A stretch of DNA of 58,215 nt from a virus. Taxonomy: Duplodnaviria; Caudoviricetes. The stretch is from positions 1 through 58,215 of IMG/VR virus record IMGVR_UViG_3300042869_000303; one strand, 5' to 3'. The notes below the pieces were generated by a model, which was given only the letters and a program-made list of their open reading frames with translations, did not search any database and was not told the origin of the DNA. Below, piece after piece: positions 46,853-54,067 of this stretch; positions within the stretch are counted from its first letter, which is position 1, and each line of letters opens with the position of its first letter. The translations under genes and the position numbers were made by a program.

Positions 46853-46902
46853 CTATCTAAAGTTTAACTTCAGGTAGCTATCTAAAGTTTAACTTTAGGT
46901 AG
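46853..46902. repeat. tandem 25-bp palindromic repeat, two copies
   Basis: CTATCTAAAGTTTAACTTYAGGTAG at 46853-46877 and 46878-46902. Confidence 0.9.
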
Positions 46903-47207
46903 CGCAATGGAATATACTTTTAAATTCATGTTGCAAATGTTTGAGGGTAGGGCGGACTGCAAACGTATGGACGGAATGCATGGGTAATGACGGCAAACGG
47001 ACGGGAGTAATACCACTGCATTATCTTGCAGCTATGCAGCCATGCCATGACCATGGAAACGCCAAAAATATGGACGGGAATTTTTGAAAGCGCACCCCCA
47101 CCCCCTGAAAATATTTTCGTTTTCGTTTTCGTCCGGTTCATCATAAATCCTGTTAGAATCCCCACAGTGAGAATATTTCATTATATTTGTGTACTAAAAA
47201 CACCAAT

Positions 47208-47435
47208 ATGGCAAACAAGAAACTTGACTTAAGAAACAGTATTTATCAGCAGCAGGGTTCGGGATATGGTTTAACCCAAAAGAATGGTATGTTGATTAAC
47301 AATGCTCCTGATAGTCGTACCGGCATTCAGCAGCTTTGCGAAACCAAGAAAATGATGAAGCGTTCTGAGAAGATATCTACTTATTCGGAGGCTATCGCAA
47401 TGGGTAATTCCATGAGTGATTGTGGGTGCGATTAA
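47208..47435 (+). CDS. hypothetical protein (75 aa)
   Basis: ATG at 47208 downstream of TATATTTG (47182-47189); followed by a terminator. Confidence 0.65.
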   Translation: MANKKLDLRNSIYQQQGSGYGLTQKNGMLINNAPDSRTGIQQLCETKKMMKRSEKISTYSEAIAMGNSMSDCGCD

Positions 47436-47466
47436 AATTTTTCTACATTTCGAGCGTTTTGGTTTA

Positions 47467-47497
47467 AGAGGTCTATTTCTATAGACTTCTTTTTTTT
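47467..47497 (+). terminator. Rho-independent terminator
   Basis: AGAGGTCTAT-TTCT-ATAGACTTCT followed by a T run. Confidence 0.8.
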
Positions 47498-47718
47498 GTA
47501 TTATTCCTAATTATCGACATTTTAATGTTAGTTTTTATGTCGTTTTTAGAGAGATAACTAATTAATAATCAATAGTAGTGTCGAAAATGTCAATTTTAAA
47601 GTCAAATTTTAATGGGGGATTTTTAGAAGAAGAAGAAGAAGAGAGAGAGAGAGTAGGGAAAATTTTAAATTGACATTCCGGTATTTGACTAAAAATTTGT
47701 TTGTGTGTTTTATTGGTT

Positions 47719-47726
47719 TATATTTG
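47719..47726 (+). promoter_or_regulatory. -7 promoter box of groEL (TATATTTG)
   Basis: TAnnTTTG 24 nt upstream of the ATG at 47751. Confidence 0.6.
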
Positions 47727-47750
47727 CGTTACAATCAAATCAACTTGAAT

Positions 47751-49367
47751 ATGAACAACGAAGTTTACTCTCCCAAAGATTTGCAGTTTGGCGAGGACGG
47801 AAGGAAGAGACTTATTGAGGGTGTAATGAAAATGTCAAAGGCTGTAGGCAGCACCTTGGGTCCAAGTGGCAACACTGTCTTAATTGAATCTCCCAATCAC
47901 ACACATGGAATTACTGTTACCAAGGATGGTGTAACTGTTGCTAAGGCGATGGACTTGCTTGACCCGGTGGAGAACCTTGCGGTTAAGATGATGAAGGAGG
48001 CTGCGGAGAAGACGGCAACGAGTGCCGGTGATGGTACGACTACTGCTATTGTATTGACCGAGGCATTGGTGCTTGCAGGATTGAACTTGATAAAGGATGG
48101 TGAGGTTAACAGGACAGAGGTGTTGAGACATATGGTGGAGATAACTGACGAGGTAGTGGAGAAGTTAAAGGCGAGAAGCAAGAAGGTGTCAAATAAGACC
48201 ATTGTGGACGTGGCTACTATTTCAGCGAACAATGACAAGAGCATTGGGAAGATTATCTCTGAGGTGTACAAGGACGTTGGCAAGAACGGTATTGTGACGG
48301 TTGAGAAGTCACAGTCGCATGAGACGTATGCTGAGACGACCATGGGCTTAAAGATTGACCGTGGGTATCTTTCACCGTTGTTTATTAACGACCAAAAGAA
48401 GGACGAGTGTGTTTTTGAGGATGTTATGGTCTTGGTAGCAGATATTGAGATAGCGAATATTCTTCAGATTGAAAACGTATTGAAACCAATTATAAGCGAG
48501 GGGAAGAGGTTGTTGATTATCTCTCCTTGCAATGCGAATGTGATAAACACGTTGGCGGCAAATGTGATGAAGGGCAACTTGAAGGTTGTTGCTGTTCCGC
48601 CTCCGGCATTTGGGTACAAGCAGAACGAGCTGATGCAAGACATTGCACTTAGTGTTGGTGCCACGTACTTCAGTGAGAAGACGGGTGACGACTTGAGCCA
48701 CATCAACTATGCTGACTTGGGGCATGCTGCCAAGGTTATTGTGAGCAAGGACAAGACGGTGATACTGAAGTCGGGGTTGAAGATTAAGCAGGAGGAGATT
48801 AACGAGAGGGTTGAGCAGTTGTGGCAGGCACATGCTGACGCAAGGTTAAAGTCAGTTAAGGACTACTTGCTTGAGCGTATTGCGTCATTGACGGGTGGCA
48901 TTGGTGTAATCTTCGTTGGTGGCAACACTGACTTGGAGCAGAAGGAGTTGTACGACAGGGTTGATGACGCTGTTTGTGCGGTTCGGTCAGCTTTAGAGGA
49001 GGGCATACTACCGGGAGCAGGGAAGGCTTTGTATGAGCTTGGCTTTGAGATATTCCAAGCTGCTGAGCATAGGAGCAATGAGCTAAACGTAGCGAGGGCT
49101 ATCATGTCGAACGCATTGTCTACACCACTGAGAACTATTCTAAATAATGCCGGAATAGAGCCCGTTGATGTTTATGAGTTGGGTATTGACGTGAGCGGTC
49201 ATGGTTACAACCTGAAGACGGGTGAGTTTGGCGACTTGATTAAGATGGGTGTTATTGACCCGTTGAAGGTTACGAGGAGCGCACTTCAAAATGCGGTGAG
49301 TGTAGCTGTCACCATACTTAGCACAAATGCAATCATCACCATGGCTCGTACTTACGAGGCAAAATAA
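47751..49367 (+). CDS. groEL: phage-encoded chaperonin GroEL
   Basis: TLGPSG, VTKDGVTVAK, AGDGTTTA, RVDDAVCA, GVIDP.KV; ATG at 47751 preferred; no GGM tail. Confidence 0.97.
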   Translation: MNNEVYSPKDLQFGEDGRKRLIEGVMKMSKAVGSTLGPSGNTVLIESPNHTHGITVTKDGVTVAKAMDLLDPVENLAVKMMKEAAEKTATSAGDGTTTAIVLTEALVLAGLNLIKDGEVNRTEVLRHMVEITDEVVEKLKARSKKVSNKTIVDVATISANNDKSIGKIISEVYKDVGKNGIVTVEKSQSHETYAETTMGLKIDRGYLSPLFINDQKKDECVFEDVMVLVADIEIANILQIENVLKPIISEGKRLLIISPCNANVINTLAANVMKGNLKVVAVPPPAFGYKQNELMQDIALSVGATYFSEKTGDDLSHINYADLGHAAKVIVSKDKTVILKSGLKIKQEEINERVEQLWQAHADARLKSVKDYLLERIASLTGGIGVIFVGGNTDLEQKELYDRVDDAVCAVRSALEEGILPGAGKALYELGFEIFQAAEHRSNELNVARAIMSNALSTPLRTILNNAGIEPVDVYELGIDVSGHGYNLKTGEFGDLIKMGVIDPLKVTRSALQNAVSVAVTILSTNAIITMARTYEAK

Positions 49368-49377
49368 ACTTTAATAG

Positions 49378-49635
49378 ATGAAACCAATTGGTAAATACCT
49401 TGTGATAAAGACGATTGACGAGGAGATAAAGACCCAATCAGGTCTGTTTCTGTCAGGCGAGGATGCTAACATGATGCGTTATAGGCGTGGTCTTGTTATC
49501 GAGCCGGGTACTGACGTGAGTACAATCAAGAAGGGTGACGACATCTACTACGACAAGAGCCATGGCTTCACCATGCTAATTAATGACGATCAGTACACGA
49601 TTATTCGGGAGGCTGATGTCGTTGTTGTCTTATAG
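49378..49635 (+). CDS. groES: co-chaperonin GroES
   Basis: MKPIGKYLVIK...KTQSGLFL...IKKGDDIYY...IIREADVVVVL. Confidence 0.9.
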   Translation: MKPIGKYLVIKTIDEEIKTQSGLFLSGEDANMMRYRRGLVIEPGTDVSTIKKGDDIYYDKSHGFTMLINDDQYTIIREADVVVVL

Positions 49636-50044
49636 ATGAGTTCATGCTTATTATCATGTTGCGGTACACCTTGTCTGCATATGACACGTTCTTCTTGAAT
49701 ACGGGGTTGTGAGACACGCTTGTTGGTATCTCATCCCCGTTCAGCTTCTTGTATATCTCTGTTATCATGCGTGTTCCTTTGTACGAAAGTTCGTACAATG
49801 CCTTACGGGCACCCATCCTCTTGCGGAACACCACAATCCACCCGTCATGGAGCAAGCGCTCAAACCTGTTGATGTCCCAACTTAGGAGCTCGTCAAATTC
49901 TGTGAACTTATCTTTTGTGAAGTATGACTCTGAGTAGAGGAAGAGTAGCATGTCGAGGTCTGCTTGTCCTAAGCCATATTTTCTTTTGTAGAAATATCGT
50001 ATGACCCTCCAATATTTTAGGTAGTCGTATGCTTTTGTTTTCAT
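49601..50044 (-). CDS. winged-helix (MarR-like) DNA-binding protein
   Basis: LGQADLDMLLFLY...ERLLHDGWI...LYELSYKG; ATG at 50044. Confidence 0.6.
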   Translation of the reverse strand: MKTKAYDYLKYWRVIRYFYKRKYGLGQADLDMLLFLYSESYFTKDKFTEFDELLSWDINRFERLLHDGWIVVFRKRMGARKALYELSYKGTRMITEIYKKLNGDEIPTSVSHNPVFKKNVSYADKVYRNMIISMNSSIRQQRHQPPE

Positions 50045-50058
50045 TTGATTTAATTTAT

Positions 50059-50079
50059 TATCTTTGTTTTTCAAAGTTA
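50059..50079. promoter_or_regulatory. pair of opposed -7 promoter boxes
   Basis: TATCTTTG (+, 50059-50066) and TAACTTTG (-, 50072-50079). Confidence 0.55.
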
Positions 50080-50100
50080 CTAACAATAAAAGTAAATCGT

Positions 50101-50355
50101 ATGCAAGATGATAAAATGAAATCTAAAAAGAGGATGGAGAATGTAAGTGCTTCTTATGCAGCGGAGAAAGAAAAAGCTTACAAAAAAGCAAAAGATAAAG
50201 CAATATCAGTTTCTGCAAGTAACTTTAAAACTGCATTGAAGCGTGCTCCTAAACAAGCAGGAACAATGGGCAGGGCAGATACTCCGTTGGCAAATACTCC
50301 TGATATTGCAATGGAAGCAGATGTAAAACAAACTCGTCAAAATGGCAACTACTAA
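50101..50355 (+). CDS. small basic protein
   Basis: ATG at 50101; Lys/Ala-rich. Confidence 0.6.
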   Translation: MQDDKMKSKKRMENVSASYAAEKEKAYKKAKDKAISVSASNFKTALKRAPKQAGTMGRADTPLANTPDIAMEADVKQTRQNGNY

Positions 50356-50372
50356 CAATTAAAGTAAATCTT

Positions 50373-50567
50373 ATGCAAGACATCAAAGAAAAAAAAGGAA
50401 AAATCATTGCGAAAAAAGTAGATAAACAAAAAATCATTGCGAAAAAAGTAGATAAAGGACGTGACTATCCATTATCTGCTACTCCTAAAATGGAGATTAG
50501 CCCTTTAGACGGAAAGGTTTATATGGACAAACTTCCCGTTTCAGGTATAAAAAAAAATAAATATTAG
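50373..50567 (+). CDS. small basic protein, paralogue of the 50101 gene
   Basis: Duplicated 30-nt leader and start; internal 30-nt tandem repeat (KIIAKKVDK x2). Confidence 0.6.
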   Translation: MQDIKEKKGKIIAKKVDKQKIIAKKVDKGRDYPLSATPKMEISPLDGKVYMDKLPVSGIKKNKY

Positions 50568-50571
50568 CAAG

Positions 50572-50772
50572 ATGGTAACCACTAAAAAAACTGAGGAAAA
50601 AACTGCTAAACCTAAGATGACTCTTAAAGAGAAATTAGACGCTATAAAGTATAAGGCTCCTGCTCCAAAGGTTGCAGCTAAGCCTACAAAGTCTTCAAAG
50701 AGACAAAGGCAAAGGGGACCTAGCGGATTACAAACGTTACAAACATTACAAACACTTCAACCATTAAAATAA
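50572..50772 (+). CDS. small basic protein
   Basis: Lys-rich with (LQT)3 tail. Confidence 0.6.
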   Translation: MVTTKKTEEKTAKPKMTLKEKLDAIKYKAPAPKVAAKPTKSSKRQRQRGPSGLQTLQTLQTLQPLK

Positions 50773-50778
50773 AAAAAA

Positions 50779-51042
50779 ATGCCAAAGAATAAATTAAGCT
50801 GTCCAAGTAATGTAAAAGATTGTGGTCCGGGTTTTATAGAACGTTTACGGGATAGAATAAACGAAGGTGTTGAAAAAAGGGCGGTTAAAAGAATAGAAAA
50901 AACCATAAAGAAAGAAGAAAAGACTTATCGGGCACCATTAAAGGCTGCCGTTGGTGATTCAAAGCCTACTAAGGTAGCTATAAATTATAATGAGGTTAAA
51001 AAGGGAGGAATGAAGGGAAGGCTTAACCCATACAGTGCTTAA
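50779..51042 (+). CDS. small basic protein
   Basis: 87-aa Lys/Arg-rich ORF. Confidence 0.6.
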   Translation: MPKNKLSCPSNVKDCGPGFIERLRDRINEGVEKRAVKRIEKTIKKEEKTYRAPLKAAVGDSKPTKVAINYNEVKKGGMKGRLNPYSA

Positions 51043-51072
51043 AAATATTTTCAAAATTTAAAAATAAAAAAA

Positions 51073-51255
51073 ATGTCAAAGACAAAATCAACCCCAAACT
51101 TACCCGGTGCTTCAAGACTTAAGCCGCCAACAGGTGGTGGGGACATGGGTGGTGTAATGAAAGCAAAGGGTGGTATGAAGGGTAGTACCGGAACCACAAA
51201 GAAGATAATGGCTACTGCCTCTAAGGGTGGTAAGGCTTCAAAAAAAATGTGTTAA
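51073..51255 (+). CDS. small Lys/Gly/Met-rich protein
   Basis: 60 aa with KGG repeats and A-rich leader. Confidence 0.6.
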   Translation: MSKTKSTPNLPGASRLKPPTGGGDMGGVMKAKGGMKGSTGTTKKIMATASKGGKASKKMC

Positions 51256-51273
51256 TCAAAAAAGTAAATAACA

Positions 51274-51450
51274 ATGGCAGCAACAAAAAAGGTATCAGGT
51301 CTAGAACCATTGCCTACAGTTAGCGAGAGTGCTCCTACGGGTAAAACTGTTGAGCCTGTTAAAACAAAGCCTACTGTTGAAGAAGAGGCATTGCCTACTG
51401 TTGACCCCGGACAAGCAGGTCATTTCAGCAGGGATTTTAAAAGAGGTTAA
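51274..51450 (+). CDS. 58-aa protein
   Basis: MAATKKVSGLEPLPTV...GHFSRDFKRG fills the gap; not in the track and preferred over 51329-51553. Confidence 0.6.
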   Translation: MAATKKVSGLEPLPTVSESAPTGKTVEPVKTKPTVEEEALPTVDPGQAGHFSRDFKRG

Positions 51451-51461
51451 AACTTTCCAAT

Positions 51462-51752
51462 ATGGCAGACAAGTCAAAGATGAGCTGCAACCGTCCTGTT
51501 CCATCGGACAGACCCGGCAAGAAGAAGATGGTCAAAGCGTGTTCAGGTGGTGAAGAGAAACTAATCCACTTTGGAGCAAAGGGATACGGCAACAACTATT
51601 CTGCTGCTGCTCGTAAAAGCTTTAAGGCTAGACACGGGTGCGATGGTGCAACTGACAAGCTAAGCGCCAAGTATTGGGCATGTAAGAACCTATGGGCAGG
51701 CAAGGGCGGCTCAACGACAAGTAATCCAAAAGGAAGACAAGGTAAATACTAA
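51462..51752 (+). CDS. conserved-type small basic phage protein
   Basis: KKKMVK...IHFGAKG...RKSFKARHGC...KYWACKNLW pattern. Confidence 0.75.
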   Translation: MADKSKMSCNRPVPSDRPGKKKMVKACSGGEEKLIHFGAKGYGNNYSAAARKSFKARHGCDGATDKLSAKYWACKNLWAGKGGSTTSNPKGRQGKY

Positions 51753-51753
51753 G

Positions 51754-52020
51754 ATGAAGACTTTAGAATATACCGGTAGTGGTCAGCTTATTGACAGGCT
51801 TGCTTCTCAAGTAGGTAGCAAGAAGAACGCAATTTATTTACTGCAAAAGCGTGGTCACTTGATGCCTGATGGCAAGACCTTTACCGAGGAGGGTATGCGA
51901 AGAAATTCAATGACTGCTTCCGAGAGGGCGGTAGATAGGGCTTCCAAAAGATTTGGTATTGGTTCTGAGAACTTTGATTATGATGTTCTAAATAACAAAG
52001 CAAAAAGAGTAAAGCTATGA
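51754..52020 (+). CDS. hypothetical protein
   Basis: 88-aa ORF packed in the operon. Confidence 0.65.
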   Translation: MKTLEYTGSGQLIDRLASQVGSKKNAIYLLQKRGHLMPDGKTFTEEGMRRNSMTASERAVDRASKRFGIGSENFDYDVLNNKAKRVKL

Positions 52021-52151
52021 TGAAGAAAATAGTTAAGAAGGCTGCAAAGTTTGAGTCTAAGAAGTCCTTGGACGGAGCTATGAAGTTCTTGAAAGGCAAC
52101 GTAAGTAAACCTGTAAAAAGAAAAAATGAAAACAGTAAAGAAAGTAACTAG
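52017..52151 (+). CDS. 44-aa basic protein
   Basis: ATGA overlap with the upstream gene; MMKKIVKKAAKFESKK...; not in the track. Confidence 0.5.
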   Translation: MMKKIVKKAAKFESKKSLDGAMKFLKGNVSKPVKRKNENSKESN

Positions 52152-52260
52152 GGTAGAAAAGAATAAAGCCAAATCACTTGATAGAGATGGCAATGGTAAG
52201 ATAACTAAGAAGGACATCCTTATTGCAAGAGGTGTAATTCCAATGAAAAAAAAGAAGTAG
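52126..52260 (+). CDS. 44-aa basic protein with one EF-hand-like loop
   Basis: ...LDRDGNGKITKKDILIARGVIPMKKKK; followed by a terminator; not in the track. Confidence 0.6.
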   Translation: MKTVKKVTRVEKNKAKSLDRDGNGKITKKDILIARGVIPMKKKK

Positions 52261-52285
52261 GATCGAAAGATCAGATTTATGTATT

Positions 52286-52308
52286 GAGGGGTTGTCCCCT
52301 CTTTTTTT
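52286..52308 (+). terminator. Rho-independent terminator
   Basis: GAGGGG-TTGT-CCCCTC followed by T7. Confidence 0.85.
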
Positions 52309-52352
52309 ATGCAAAAAATTTATTCAATTAATTTAATATCTTTGCTAGATAA

Positions 52353-52535
52353 ATGAGAGTCATCTTAAAAAGTAAAAGCAAAGGTCTTGGTGATACTATA
52401 GAGAAGATTACCAAGGCTACGGGCATCAAGCAAACGGTTGACGCTATAGCAAAAGCTTTAGATATTGACGATTGTGGATGTGAGGCTCGCAAGGAGGCTC
52501 TGAACAAAATATTTCCTTACAAAGAAAAAAAATAA
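52353..52535 (+). CDS. small hypothetical protein
   Basis: SKGLGDTIEKIT.ATGIK...CGC..RKE.LN; TATCTTTG box at 52337-52344. Confidence 0.7.
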   Translation: MRVILKSKSKGLGDTIEKITKATGIKQTVDAIAKALDIDDCGCEARKEALNKIFPYKEKK

Positions 52536-52537
52536 AT

Positions 52538-53023
52538 ATGTCAGTATTCAAAACAACATTCTCAAGAGCATTAAGAGCGCATCCTTCGGACAATGCTGAT
52601 ATTGCATATCCAAATCAGATTGCAGGAGGAACAAATACCACAGCCACTGCAAATAAATTAATCAATGCATCTGCAACCTTTATTGCTGACAATGTAAAGA
52701 CAGGAGACGTTGTTCACAACGATACGGCAAATACAGCAGCTACTGTTGTTTCAGTAGACAGTGAAACTCAGCTGACTTTAAATGCAAATATTTTTCCTTC
52801 AACAGCGCAAGTTTACGCTGTTTATTCTATGTCTCCTCAGACAAGCATGGGCAACCCCGGGTGTAATTTGTATATAGGTGGAACAGGTACCGTGTCTGTA
52901 ATCACAATAGGTGGGGACCAATTGACTTTTAATGGTGTACCTGCAGGTACAACGCTACCGATTCAGGTAAGACGACTGAGAGCGACAGGAACAACTGCAA
53001 CATTAGTAAACGGACTTTGGTAA
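52538..53023 (+). CDS. putative virion structural protein
   Basis: Thr/Ala-rich; LYIGGTG...GVPAGTTLPIQVRR...TGTTAT C-terminus; shares a domain with the 10578 gene product. Confidence 0.6.
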   Translation: MSVFKTTFSRALRAHPSDNADIAYPNQIAGGTNTTATANKLINASATFIADNVKTGDVVHNDTANTAATVVSVDSETQLTLNANIFPSTAQVYAVYSMSPQTSMGNPGCNLYIGGTGTVSVITIGGDQLTFNGVPAGTTLPIQVRRLRATGTTATLVNGLW

Positions 53024-53035
53024 TATAGCTATTGT

Positions 53036-53326
53036 ATGAACCATCAAGATAACAATAGGCTCGATATTATGTCAGACGAACTAGAGTCTATCAAGGCTGA
53101 GATTGCCTCAATGAAGACTGTTTTAAACGATGTTTATACGTTATTGGCAGGCAATCCAATAGACAAGGAGTCTAGTGGTCTTATAGGAAACTTTAAGAGC
53201 ATGCAAAAAGAGGTGTATGACTTGAAGGCTGAGGTTCGGAAATATAAGTCGTATTTTTACGCATTAGTAACGCTGATAGGGATTGGTTTTTTGAAATTAG
53301 TAATTGACTTTTTATCTAAAAAATAA
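53036..53326 (+). CDS. putative holin or membrane protein
   Basis: Coiled coil plus one C-terminal TM segment, 2 nt upstream of the endolysin gene. Confidence 0.45.
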   Translation: MNHQDNNRLDIMSDELESIKAEIASMKTVLNDVYTLLAGNPIDKESSGLIGNFKSMQKEVYDLKAEVRKYKSYFYALVTLIGIGFLKLVIDFLSKK

Positions 53327-53328
53327 AT

Positions 53329-53793
53329 ATGATACTTACATCTAATGAAGCGCTAAAGAAGTACGGAGACCCTAACTTATTAGAAACGCAGAATAAGCAC
53401 TTTGAATTATGGATAGTTCCTGCAGAAATTCTTAACGCTTTCAGCCATGTAAGGTTTTCTGCATTAGGCACCATTGGATTCCCAAAAAAAATATTCATCA
53501 ACAAGGATTTCAAGCCTGTTTTAGAAAAGGCTTTGCGAAATCTTATTGATAGAGGGCTTACAAAAGAGCTAAAAACATGGGATGGCGTTTTTGTTATTCG
53601 TAACAAAAGAGATTTAAAATCCCTTTCACTTCACAGTTGGGCTGTTGCCGTTGACGTAAATCGTGCGGAAAATGATTTAAACATGACCCCAAAGCTATCG
53701 CCTGAGTTTGTAAAATGTTTTACTGATGCAGGATGTGATTGGGGTGGGACGTGGAAACGCAAGGACGGGATGCATTTTCAGTTAAAAAAATAA
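53329..53793 (+). CDS. endolysin, M15 family zinc peptidase
   Basis: R...SLHSWAVAVD...WGGTW...DGMHFQ. Confidence 0.88.
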   Translation: MILTSNEALKKYGDPNLLETQNKHFELWIVPAEILNAFSHVRFSALGTIGFPKKIFINKDFKPVLEKALRNLIDRGLTKELKTWDGVFVIRNKRDLKSLSLHSWAVAVDVNRAENDLNMTPKLSPEFVKCFTDAGCDWGGTWKRKDGMHFQLKK

Positions 53794-53825
53794 TATCTTT
53801 GTTTAAATTAAAAAATCAAATTAAA

Positions 53826-54062
53826 ATGGAACAAGTACACGTAACTCCTGAAGAACTTCAAGCTATCCAACAAATGAATGATGCTTTTAACAAGGCAAAG
53901 TTAGAACTTGGAGACCTTGAGTTGTCAAAACAAAATGTAATTAGACACATAGACGGTCTAAGGGTTGAGTTTAGTAAGCATGAGACAGAATTAGTTGAGA
54001 AGTACGGAAAGGATTCTGTAATCAACATTCAAACCGGTGAGGTTACTAAAAACACAAAATAG
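53826..54062 (+). CDS. coiled-coil hypothetical protein
   Basis: ATG at 53826 after TATCTTTG (53794-53801); EKYG...INIQTGE C-terminus. Confidence 0.65.
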   Translation: MEQVHVTPEELQAIQQMNDAFNKAKLELGDLELSKQNVIRHIDGLRVEFSKHETELVEKYGKDSVINIQTGEVTKNTK

Positions 54063-54067
54063 TATAA

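Noticed and set aside
46853-46902. CRISPR mini-array
   Set aside because: The two 25-bp repeats abut with no spacer, and no cas genes are present
47625-47653. (GAA)n(GA)n microsatellite as a phase-variation switch
   Set aside because: It is intergenic and well upstream of the groEL -7 box; treated as part of the twin non-coding element
47670-47750. N-terminal extension of GroEL in the track (likewise 50029, 53739, 47187, 16896 and 33071 starts)
   Set aside because: Several run across promoter boxes, and downstream ATGs with A-rich leaders fit better
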